64,000 bases of DNA, taken from positions 14,097 through 78,096 of the forward strand of contig JAYVZE010000200.1 in assembly GCA_043783625.1 (NCBI GenBank), given 5' to 3'. Under the pieces are notes generated by a model that saw nothing but the letters and a program-made list of their open reading frames with translations, was not told where the DNA came from and made no database searches. Shown one piece after another: positions 18,801 to 26,692 of the stretch (positions are counted from its first letter, which is position 1; each line of letters starts with the position of its first letter). This stretch comes from Blastocatellia bacterium (GTDB lineage Bacteria; Acidobacteriota; Blastocatellia; RBC074). The position numbers were made by a program, and so were the translations under genes.

Positions 18801-19217
18801 GGCGGGAACCCACGGGCCGCCGCTTTCGCTCCAACCGGGCGAACCTGCGATTGCCATTTCCAATCCTAATTTGTCGGCGAGTTCCGTCGTGAATTTAAAA
18901 GCGTCTTTCCACTCCGGCGTCATGTAAATTAATCGTTTGTCCACTACCTGCGGCGTGAATAAACTCGCATCAAAATTTTGAAAGCCTCCGATGCCGACGC
19001 GTTTCATCCATTCAAGGTCTTTTTGAATTCCTACTTTCGTGATGTTGCCGTTCATCCAATGCCACCATACGCGTGGCTTGGCGGCATCGGGTGGATTTTG
19101 GAAGCCTTGCATTAACGGATCGGTTTGTCCGATAGCGCTGCGTTCTGAAATTATTCCAGCGATGCTAACGACAACTAGCAGGCAAATTAAAAGGCGGATG
19201 AAATAGTGCTTTCTCAT
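15873..19217 (-). CDS. secreted large glycoside hydrolase, GH106-like (putative alpha-L-rhamnosidase)
   Basis: Signal peptide and N-terminal PRVWWHWMNGNITKVGIQKDLEWMKRVGIGG motif characteristic of this family. 1114 aa. Located in the rhamnose locus. Family assignment is from motif memory. Confidence 0.5.
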   Translation of the reverse strand: MRKHYFIRLLICLLVVVSIAGIISERSAIGQTDPLMQGFQNPPDAAKPRVWWHWMNGNITKVGIQKDLEWMKRVGIGGFQNFDASLFTPQVVDKRLIYMTPEWKDAFKFTTELADKLGLEMAIAGSPGWSESGGPWVPAKDGMKKYVWTETRIKGGQTFFGKLPQPSGVTGAFQNIPFRDPLGLLHEANPAHTFYEDTVVIAYRVPEADLSLRELNPKISSSGGQFEVSALTDDDLAKSSLLPPAAIGQNAWIQFEFAQLQTFKALTIVGGEPASQFGEAVSNRTLEASDDGINFRQILQIPTTQIPQNSLTFAPVTAKFFRVNFKTLPPQPNMIAAMMGLPMGDMKPKGTDVAEIVLHTAYRVNRLEEKAGFTPSGELAKFITPETTDAIPTNDVVDVTSKMKSDGTLEWVAPAGNWVVLRMGYSLLGIENHPASPEATGLEVDKLDAQAVKDYFENYLDQYKNATGGLMGKKGVQYLVTDSYEAGGANWTKNLMAEFARRRGYDLKPWMPVLTGKIIKSTEASEQFLWDFRKTLADLIAENHYDQLGDLLHKRGMGRYSESHENGRAMIADGMEVKRKADVPMSAIWTPGPINQGDQTGHRADILESAAVAHIYGQNLVAAESLTALGVGGSAWSYSPENLKPTADLELASGLNRFVIHTSVHQPSDQKIPGLGLGPFGQWFTRHETWGEQAKAWTDYLSRSSYLLQQGKFVADVLYYYGEDNNITALFGKKLPNIPAGYSFDFVNADALINVLSVKDGKIGTPSGMSYQVLALDENAKNMSLPVLHKIRDLVKAGATITGIKPEKNASLSDNQAEFKTIVAEVWSSDNKNVFQAQSLEQTLAAKNIQADFTYAKLTNDTEILSVHRTLPDREIYWINNRKDRVEAIETSFRVTGKTPEIWHPENGQMEKVSFQIKDGRTIIPLRLEPNDAIFVIFKGKATVASYTQPKTVEKQIATITNPWKVTFQAERGAPATTTLTALQSWTENPDAGIKYFSGTATYQSTFSLPVIAKGTRIEIDLGAVKNLAEVIVNGKNLGILWKQSFTIDVSSAVKKGENKLEVKVTNLWVNRLIGDQQPNMTNKITYTTMPFYQANSPLLPSGLLGPVKVWEKK

Positions 19218-19247
19218 ATTTTTTCTGACGATCAGTCAGCTCATTTT

Positions 19248-19814
19248 TTATTTGGTTTTCCAAACGCTCGCGTATTTTTTTCGGTATTTAGGATCAGTTT
19301 CGGTTTCGATGAATGCCAGTGCGGTTTCCTGAATTTTTTTGTCCGGCACTGCGTCAAAAAGTTTTTTCAGCGCAACGCAAATATCGTAGCGAAACAGTGT
19401 GCCATTTTTTTCAGTAGCGCATTCCTTAAACCGCAGCGTGTAACCACCCAGCACCAGTTGTAAGTATTTTTTGTTCACACGCCCGATTTTCCAAAGTGCT
19501 TGCAATGAATGACGCGCGGTCACGGTTCGTTCATCTCTGGTCACCGCCAACAATACGTCAAAATCTTTCAGCATTTTATTTTTCGGATCGCTTTGCGCGA
19601 GTTCACTTAAAAATTGCACAGCAATCGTACGCTGATGATTATCGCCGTTGCGCGTCATTTCTTTCAGCTCATCCCACACGTCATACGCCCAATCCACGGG
19701 GCTTTTGGCGAGCGTGAGTAATTCTTGAAATGCCGCGTAACGAACGTTCGCATCTTTTGAATGTAGCAAATCAGCTTTTGTGCGTAAGTCGGCATTCATA
19801 ATTTTTATCTTCAC
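19248..19814 (-). CDS. hypothetical alpha-helical (HEAT/AlkD-like repeat) protein
   Basis: 188 aa all-helical repeat pattern, 4 nt overlap with the upstream SGNH gene. No confident family call. Confidence 0.35.
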   Translation of the reverse strand: MKIKIMNADLRTKADLLHSKDANVRYAAFQELLTLAKSPVDWAYDVWDELKEMTRNGDNHQRTIAVQFLSELAQSDPKNKMLKDFDVLLAVTRDERTVTARHSLQALWKIGRVNKKYLQLVLGGYTLRFKECATEKNGTLFRYDICVALKKLFDAVPDKKIQETALAFIETETDPKYRKKYASVWKTK

Positions 19815-21127
19815 CGTTTCTTCGCAGCAGCAGCTTTAGGAGCAAAGATCGTCAAATCAATCGCATTCGCCATCGCTTCATATCCCGCATCGCCCGGATG
19901 CAACCAATCTCCTGCGTGAAAGGCTTCCATAAATTTTTTAGGATTTTTCGGATCACGTGTCGCCGCATCGAAATCAACTACGCCGTCGAACGCGCCACTG
20001 GTGCGAATCCATTGATTGACAGCGGTGCGCGCGGCTTCGCCTTTTTCAGTGAATGCACGCGAACCATCAAACGGAGTCAGCGTGCAACCGATAATTTTCA
20101 AGCCGCGTGCGTGTGCGTGTTCGATGATTTGTTTGTATCCCGTGAGCAAATCTTCAGCAACGGCTTTCGCGTCTGCTTCCGGCTGACGGGTGCGCCCACT
20201 AATGTCATTAATGCCTTCCATTAACAGCACAAATTTTACGCCGGGCTGCGTCAGGACATCACGTTCCAGTCGCGCCAGCGCGCTCATTCCACCCAGCACG
20301 CCGCCTCCATCACGCAACACCTGATTGCCGGAAATGCCTACATTCACGACGCCAAAATTCACAGTGCGTTTGTCAGCCTGTAAGCGTTTAGTGAAATAAG
20401 CAGGCCACGTATGATCTGTGTTCGGCATTGAGCCGTGTCCGTCGGTAATTGAATCGCCAAACGCCACGATTGTCGCAGCGTTGGCGGGAGCGAGAACATC
20501 AATGCCCGCGAGCCAGTAATACGCCAGCGAAGTCGTCGCCGCAGCAATTTCTGCGCTGCCGGAAAAATCGCCTTCCTTCGATAAATAAGCAGTATGTTCG
20601 CCAAACAAATGCGTACTCGTCGTGCTTTCTTTTGGCACAAACATACTCACAGCAATTTCGGCTAACGGAGCAACCGTTAAATCTACTGGATCGCTCAACA
20701 TCACCGCTCCCGGCGGAATTAAGCACGAAGAACGACCACTAAATTTCAGTACGCGATCTGAAGCGGGAATAATAGCGGAATCATTTTTGCGTAGCGCAAT
20801 ATGTGCGGCTCCAATTTCCAACGGCTTGCTGCCGAAAGCATTCACCAATCGAATTCGTACGCTACGCCCGCCAACACTGCCCCTGACGATCATTCGTACC
20901 GTTTGATTATTGACGCTTGACCACATTGATGGAATTGCCAGATTGACGGGCGGCGGCGGATTTTGCGGCGGACGCGGTGCGGTCGGGCCGTTGTAAATTA
21001 TTTGCTGCGCAGTTCCCCACGTAGCAACCCAATGTTCACCGTTTGATTGCGCCACAATCGCAAAATTCAAGCCAACCAATAGCAAAACCAGCAAGAATAT
21101 TTTTTGTTGAGTTTTCATGTTTTTCAT
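19811..21127 (-). CDS. secreted SGNH/GDSL hydrolase (carbohydrate acetylesterase-like) with N-terminal beta-sandwich domain
   Basis: Signal peptide. Block I FGDSITDG with catalytic Ser. C-terminal DWLHP block with Asp/His. Confidence 0.7.
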   Translation of the reverse strand: MKNMKTQQKIFLLVLLLVGLNFAIVAQSNGEHWVATWGTAQQIIYNGPTAPRPPQNPPPPVNLAIPSMWSSVNNQTVRMIVRGSVGGRSVRIRLVNAFGSKPLEIGAAHIALRKNDSAIIPASDRVLKFSGRSSCLIPPGAVMLSDPVDLTVAPLAEIAVSMFVPKESTTSTHLFGEHTAYLSKEGDFSGSAEIAAATTSLAYYWLAGIDVLAPANAATIVAFGDSITDGHGSMPNTDHTWPAYFTKRLQADKRTVNFGVVNVGISGNQVLRDGGGVLGGMSALARLERDVLTQPGVKFVLLMEGINDISGRTRQPEADAKAVAEDLLTGYKQIIEHAHARGLKIIGCTLTPFDGSRAFTEKGEAARTAVNQWIRTSGAFDGVVDFDAATRDPKNPKKFMEAFHAGDWLHPGDAGYEAMANAIDLTIFAPKAAAAKKR

Positions 21128-21210
21128 AAGTTGCGTAAGAACTTTACGAAGAGGCGTAGCTCAATTCCCAAAATCGTTATAGCTTTCAGAAAATGAACTT
21201 TCAATCAAAG

Positions 21211-21392
21211 CTCCAACGGAGCGAAATACAATAGCCCAGGGTGCAACCCTGGGTAGGATCAGAAATAGAATCCAAGCCCTGAAGGGGCGAAATAAATTAT
21301 TGCGCCCTTTCAGGGCTTGATTTTTTCCGTGCAATCAACCCAGGGTTGCACCCTGGGCTATTGTATTGCCACCCCTTCGGGGTTCTGTTCGG
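21211..21392. repeat. about 180 bp nested-palindrome element (family 3), copy 1
   Basis: Outer IR atagcccagggtgcaaccctggg / cccagggttgcaccctgggctat, inner IR gccctgaaggggcg / cgccctttcagggc, terminal ccaacggagcg. Second copy at 24091..24286. Confidence 0.7.
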
Positions 21393-21450
21393 AAAAACAT
21401 TTTCTTAATTTTTATAACCAAACAAACTACCCATTGAACTTTCGGAATTC

Positions 21451-22695
21451 TCACCACGGCATCAATCCCATTTGTTTTTTACCAAGCTCCGATAAATCTT
21501 CAAGCGTAGCGCGATTTTTAAAATTTACCTCGTAATCTTCCGCCGCAAAATCCGGCGAACTTTTTCCCGCTAAAAAGCTCTCAGCCTGACGCGTCAAAAA
21601 TCGCGCATTCTTCTCGCACCACGGCGCAGCACCGATGTAAATCACGTTGCTGTAATTGATGCCGCGATGTTCATTTTCGACGGCGTGGATCACGTCGGGA
21701 TGCCACCAAACGGTGTCGCCGGGTTCGACAGTTGGGATGCTGATTTCGGCTTGTAATAAAAGTTGATGCCATTGCGGATACGCCGCCAACGCACGTCCTG
21801 CCGCCGCTCCGCACAAATCATCCGGCGCGACATCGGGTTGCAACGCACGTAATAACAACCACGCCATGCTTCGCGCAATCGGAATAATTTTCAACGTACC
21901 ATCGCCCGGCCCTTGCTTCGTCAAAGCCGTCCAGCCTTGAAACGTACGAAACATGCTGCACACCGCAGGCGAAGGAATTTCTTTCGTGTTGGTGCGTCCT
22001 TCCGCACGAAACGGGTCGTACTTATTTACGTCGCCGAAAAAAACTTCGTGAAAGACGCGATGAAAACTGGGGTCGCACCAACGCTCTATCGAACCGCCAT
22101 CACAATGCGCCGACAGTCCTAACGATTTGTCGCCCGGTTCGCGGCGACGTATGCGGTCGGCGTAATTGCATTGCCGATCAGGATCAAATTCCATCGTTCC
22201 ATCGGCATGACTGAAATCCCACAAACGATTGAGCCAGCTTCGCGTCGCTGCTAAATTTTCATGTTGCCGCGCCTGCATCTGCGGACATGACCAATACAAA
22301 CCAAAAATCTGCGGTCGCCCTGATGCCAGCGCACTGAAATATTTATCCAGTCCAACTTTGTCTTTTGCTTTTTCGTAATAATTATTTTCGTCAATGTAAC
22401 GACCGATTTCTTCACTCCAAGCCGTTGCTTGTTGAGGAGCAAAGACTCCGCGAATGACTACACAGCCGCGCCGTCTGATGCGATTTTTTTGTGCTTCGCT
22501 AATCGTGCCTGACGACAAATCATGATAGGAAATGTTTGGTACCGCATCTGCGCCTTCGGCTTTGACCGCCGCTACTTCATCAGTCAGCCATTCATCCATC
22601 TGCGCCATTCGAGCAGCGCAATCCGGCATCTGCGCGAGCAGCGCAGCCTTCGCGTCAATTACAGCTTGCTTGGGGTTATTCATCCAGTTTTGCAT
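21451..22695 (-). CDS. hypothetical protein, possibly DUF1479/YbiU-like (double-stranded beta-helix oxygenase-like fold)
   Basis: 414 aa cytoplasmic protein. WHPDVIHAVE-type His motif. Family assignment from memory only. Confidence 0.35.
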   Translation of the reverse strand: MQNWMNNPKQAVIDAKAALLAQMPDCAARMAQMDEWLTDEVAAVKAEGADAVPNISYHDLSSGTISEAQKNRIRRRGCVVIRGVFAPQQATAWSEEIGRYIDENNYYEKAKDKVGLDKYFSALASGRPQIFGLYWSCPQMQARQHENLAATRSWLNRLWDFSHADGTMEFDPDRQCNYADRIRRREPGDKSLGLSAHCDGGSIERWCDPSFHRVFHEVFFGDVNKYDPFRAEGRTNTKEIPSPAVCSMFRTFQGWTALTKQGPGDGTLKIIPIARSMAWLLLRALQPDVAPDDLCGAAAGRALAAYPQWHQLLLQAEISIPTVEPGDTVWWHPDVIHAVENEHRGINYSNVIYIGAAPWCEKNARFLTRQAESFLAGKSSPDFAAEDYEVNFKNRATLEDLSELGKKQMGLMPW

Positions 22696-22701
22696 AAAAT
22701 T

Positions 22702-24039
22702 TTATATACCAAAAATATTCCGGTCTAAAAATTCATTGCGGAATTTTCCTTGTGGGTCGTATTGCTTCAGCAAATTTTGAAAATCAGCAAAGCGTTCATA
22801 ACGCGATTTTAATTGCGCGGGCGTGACTGTGAACAATTTGCCCCAATGCGGACGTATGCCAAACGGAGCCAGTTCTTTTTCAATCACAGGAATCAATTTC
22901 ATCACCGCAGCCGTGTTTTGTTTCCACGTAAAATGAATCGCGACGCTGGTTTGGTTGTAAGCAGTACTCATCCAAAGATTATCCGCAGCAATCGTACGAA
23001 TTTCTGAAATCATAATATCTTTCGACCATTTGTTGCCCAGGCGATTGATCGCGCTCAAAGCCGCATAAGCATTGCGGAGCGGAACAAAAAATTCTGACTG
23101 TAATTCTTTGCCGCTGCTGGGTGTAAAATTCATGCGGAAGTGCGGCAACCGTTCATGCCACGGGCCAGGCACGCCCATTTGCTCTGTGCAATTAATGGCG
23201 TCGAGTTCGGCAATCGGATGCAGATTTTTCTTCGCTAATTTTGCGCCAAAAAACTCCGGCTTCGGATTGATTGCACCACCGTCAATTCGGCTTTTGACCC
23301 AGACTTCGCTGACATTATTTTTCAGCCAATTTGTGAATAAACTGACGCTGTAGCTGCTCGACATAATCGCTTCAAAATTGCGCTCTAATTCACCGAACGG
23401 CAAATTTTCATAAACGTCTTGCCGCACCTGAAACGTTGGTTGGATGTCGAGCGTGACTTTTGTGACGACACCAATGCCGCCGAGGTTCACGACTGCGCCG
23501 TTGAATTGCTCGCTGTCTTTTCCGCGCGTTAAATTAACGACTTCGCCAGAGTCCGTGACAAACTCAATGCCCGCGACTGCCGAAGCCAAATTGCCATTTT
23601 TAATTCCTGATCCGTGCGTTGCTGTCGCGCAGGCTCCGGCGACAGAAATGTGCGGTAACGAGGCCAGGTTATGCAGCGCGTAGCCTTTGTTTACGAGGTA
23701 TTCCGCCAAAGTACCATAACGAATACCTGCTTCGACAGTGACGGTATTCGCTTGCGTATCAAGTGAAACAACCTTCGCCATTTTTTTCGTGGAAACAAGA
23801 TTATGCGGAGAATCAGCAATACGATTGAAGCAATGCTGTGTGCCTAACACGCGGAGCTTTGGTGTTTTCTTCACCAGTTCCTGCACCTGTTCGAGCGATT
23901 CAGGATAAAAAACATTTTCTGTGCTGTAGGTTAAATTCCCTGCCCAGTTTTTCAGTTTCTCACCTTTGGCCCAGGCACGGGAAAAAACCGCGTCTGCGAT
24001 AGAAGCGGATGACATTTTTAGAAACGTTCGTTTTCTCAT
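22702..24039 (-). CDS. FAD-linked aldonolactone/alditol oxidoreductase (FAD_binding_4 plus ALO C-terminal domain), Tat-type signal
   Basis: MRKRTFLKMSSASIA twin-arginine-like N-terminus followed by NWAGN motif typical of gulono/arabinono-1,4-lactone oxidases. ATG at 24039. Confidence 0.65.
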   Translation of the reverse strand: MRKRTFLKMSSASIADAVFSRAWAKGEKLKNWAGNLTYSTENVFYPESLEQVQELVKKTPKLRVLGTQHCFNRIADSPHNLVSTKKMAKVVSLDTQANTVTVEAGIRYGTLAEYLVNKGYALHNLASLPHISVAGACATATHGSGIKNGNLASAVAGIEFVTDSGEVVNLTRGKDSEQFNGAVVNLGGIGVVTKVTLDIQPTFQVRQDVYENLPFGELERNFEAIMSSSYSVSLFTNWLKNNVSEVWVKSRIDGGAINPKPEFFGAKLAKKNLHPIAELDAINCTEQMGVPGPWHERLPHFRMNFTPSSGKELQSEFFVPLRNAYAALSAINRLGNKWSKDIMISEIRTIAADNLWMSTAYNQTSVAIHFTWKQNTAAVMKLIPVIEKELAPFGIRPHWGKLFTVTPAQLKSRYERFADFQNLLKQYDPQGKFRNEFLDRNIFGI

Positions 24040-24090
24040 AGCTGACCTGTTGATTTGCGATAGCATTTCAAAAAATGCTCTTCCGAATAG

Positions 24091-24286
24091 AGTCCCAACG
24101 GGACGCCGATAACATAGCTCAGGGTGCAACCCCGGGTAAGATCGGAACATATAAAGTAGCCCTGAAGGGGCGACATAAAAAATCTGTGAATATCTCGCCC
24201 TTTCAGGGCTTGCGCAAAAATCTCAACGCTTCCCGGGGTTGCACCCCGGGCTATTACATTCCGCTCCGTTGGAGCTTTGTTCGGAG
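24091..24286. repeat. about 190 bp nested-palindrome element (family 3), copy 2, same orientation as copy 1
   Basis: Outer IR atagctcagggtgcaaccccggg / cccggggttgcaccccgggctat with compensatory A:T to G:C change relative to copy 1. Inner IR gccctgaaggggcg / cgccctttcagggc. Terminal cccaacggg / ccgttggag. Confidence 0.7.
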
Positions 24287-24310
24287 TTTATAATTAAACA
24301 AATTCTTGCG

Positions 24311-25321
24311 TTAGCGGCGGCTCGCCCAAGCCATTCCATCCGGCTGTTTGCCGACATCAATGCGACCGATGATTTCCAGCGATTTCAAATCAATGATGGC
24401 GACATAATCATCCGGCGTACAGGCAATGTAGGCTCGTGTGCCGTCCGGTTGCATCTGAATGCCTGCGGCTCCGCGTCCAAGCTTGATTCGTTTCACTTCA
24501 GTGCGCTTAGCGACATCAATAATCGTCGCATCCGAACCGCTGAGGGTTGAGATAAAAACGCGTTTTCCATCAGGCGTGAATTTCAGCCGATTGGCTCCTT
24601 TGACGTTAGCATCAAGTGTGTTTGTAACTTTTTTGCTGGCGACATCAATGATCGAAACCGTGCCATCCTGAGAATTCGACACCCAGACTTCTTTTCCATC
24701 AGGAGCAACATCGAATCCTTCCGGGCCTTTGCCGACAGGGATCAGCGTTTGATCCCAATCTTCACGACCTGGACGCAGCGCAGCTTTCTCAATCATACTC
24801 ACCGTACCCGAACCCATATTCGTAGTAAAAATCGGCGCAGTGGCTTCCGTCACAAAAAGCATGTGCGTTCTGCGCTGCCCCGTCCCGAAGACAAAATCTA
24901 CTTTCTTGGTGTTCGGATCATAGCTGCCAACGACGTTCGCCGCTTCCGCTGTGAACCAGACTTTTCCGCCTGCGAACACAATGCCGTGCGGCCCCTTCAA
25001 TGCTCCCAAATCAATTGACGGCAAAGCCTTCTGCTCGACCAAATCAAGCACCGCAATCGTGTTATAAGCACCGCCGCCATAATTGGTCACGTAAGCGAAT
25101 TTCCCATCAGCAGAAGCGATGACTTCATGCGGGTCTGGCCCGACGGGCATGCGGGCAATCACCTTCAGGCTGACAGGATCAACGATTGCTAAGGTGCGTT
25201 CTGTTTTGGAGAGAATCAGCAAAGATTGTGACGGCGTACTTTCTATCGGCAGATTGCCCATCGAAAAAAGACTGCTGAGTAAAAGTGCTGAAATTATTTT
25301 GATGTGTAGTAATGCAGCCAT
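24311..25321 (-). CDS. secreted YVTN-family beta-propeller repeat protein
   Basis: Signal peptide. Repeated YVTN / DG..V.V motifs every 40-45 residues. Confidence 0.7.
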   Translation of the reverse strand: MAALLHIKIISALLLSSLFSMGNLPIESTPSQSLLILSKTERTLAIVDPVSLKVIARMPVGPDPHEVIASADGKFAYVTNYGGGAYNTIAVLDLVEQKALPSIDLGALKGPHGIVFAGGKVWFTAEAANVVGSYDPNTKKVDFVFGTGQRRTHMLFVTEATAPIFTTNMGSGTVSMIEKAALRPGREDWDQTLIPVGKGPEGFDVAPDGKEVWVSNSQDGTVSIIDVASKKVTNTLDANVKGANRLKFTPDGKRVFISTLSGSDATIIDVAKRTEVKRIKLGRGAAGIQMQPDGTRAYIACTPDDYVAIIDLKSLEIIGRIDVGKQPDGMAWASRR

Positions 25322-25385
25322 AAATTCTTCCTCCAAAACTGTAAAAAACATTACGCAAGGAATCGCTTTCTTGTTACGATCTCCT

Positions 25386-25444
25386 GCGCACTACGTTTGC
25401 GTAGCTTCGCTCGCAAACGGCAGGCAGGATGCCTGCACTCCCAG
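25386..25444. repeat. hairpin cluster ending in ggcaggcaggatgcctgcactcccag (GCAGGATGC hairpin family)
   Basis: Stem gcaggca/tgcctgc around GGA loop followed by CTCCCAG, plus upstream hairpins ctacgtttgcgtag. Confidence 0.6.
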
Positions 25445-25445
25445 C

Positions 25446-26615
25446 TTATTGTTCAACTTTTTGCTTTGTGACTTCTGGTCGTGAAAAATTTGGTGCGGCC
25501 AGCGTCTGTGTTTTCAAATTGCGTGAACGTTGATATTCCGCGAACGCTTTTTGTTGCTCTGCCGCATTGCCTATTGTTCTGTAAGCTTGCGCCAATTGAA
25601 ACCACGCGACTTCATTGTTGCTGTTTATCGAAATTGCTTTGCGCAGCGGCGTGATCGCCTGCTCCGCGTGGTGCAACGCAACTTCTGTACGTCCTAAGCC
25701 AACCAACGCATCTTCAAAATCAGAATAATATTTCACAGCCAGTGCAAACAATTCTTTCGCCTGATCGAAGCGTGTAGCCTTGCGATGTAATTCGCCCGCT
25801 TCATACGCCGCATTTGCATTCGTCGGGTCAAGTTGCAATTCCTGTTCGAATTCTTTCAGTGCTTCCGCTTCGGCAGTGGCATCCTGTGCGACACGCGTTA
25901 ACTGCACGCGTCCGAGACGAAAATGAATGCCGGGATGATTCGGGTTTTTCTTGAGAACTTCGCGGTACGCACCAAGCGCAGATTCCAATTGCCCCTGACT
26001 TTCGTGCGCTTCGCCTGCCGCCAACTGTAGCCAGAGCGAATCCGGTGCGACCCGTGAGATTTTCACAGCGGAAAGATACGCATAATTCGCAAACAGACGA
26101 CTGGCATGATACAGAATTTCAGGGTCTTTGGGGTACAAACGAGTTAATTCCAAAGCAATTTCGACAGCTTTGTCGTCTTGTTGCAAACCCGTATACGCAC
26201 GCTGCAATTGCAATCCACTCGAACGCTTCAACGCCGCATCAGTCGTGCGCCTGAAACCTTTTTGCAAGATCGGAACGGCTTCCTGATATTGCCCTAATTC
26301 AGAAAGTGACATCGCCAGCAACACATCAATATTTGACAACGTTGGTTTTAATTTCATCGCCTGACGGAGTGCCGGAACTGCCTGTTCAAATTTTCCAGAT
26401 TGAAAATAAATCAGTCCGAGCCGCGCGTGTGCCTCAGCCATCGTCGGAGCCAGTTCGCGGATTTTTTCGTACGCCTGCGCCGCTTCATCATAACGCCCTG
26501 ATGCCAAAGCTTTTTCTCCGGCCTGCGCATACCGCTGCAACTGCGCATCGTTATTTGCCTGCGCCAGTCCGCACACAGGTAAGAAAAAAATAAAAATAAA
26601 TATCCTTGCTAACAT
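25446..26615 (-). CDS. secreted tetratricopeptide (TPR) repeat protein
   Basis: Signal peptide. Repeated 34-residue A/Y/L-rich helical repeats (AxxAYxxxG patterns). Confidence 0.7.
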   Translation of the reverse strand: MLARIFIFIFFLPVCGLAQANNDAQLQRYAQAGEKALASGRYDEAAQAYEKIRELAPTMAEAHARLGLIYFQSGKFEQAVPALRQAMKLKPTLSNIDVLLAMSLSELGQYQEAVPILQKGFRRTTDAALKRSSGLQLQRAYTGLQQDDKAVEIALELTRLYPKDPEILYHASRLFANYAYLSAVKISRVAPDSLWLQLAAGEAHESQGQLESALGAYREVLKKNPNHPGIHFRLGRVQLTRVAQDATAEAEALKEFEQELQLDPTNANAAYEAGELHRKATRFDQAKELFALAVKYYSDFEDALVGLGRTEVALHHAEQAITPLRKAISINSNNEVAWFQLAQAYRTIGNAAEQQKAFAEYQRSRNLKTQTLAAPNFSRPEVTKQKVEQ

Positions 26616-26692
26616 TTGTTGCTCCCTGAGAAAAGACCCGCCAGATCATTGTGACCTGACGGGTCTTATTGCTCAAGTATTCACCTGAGACA

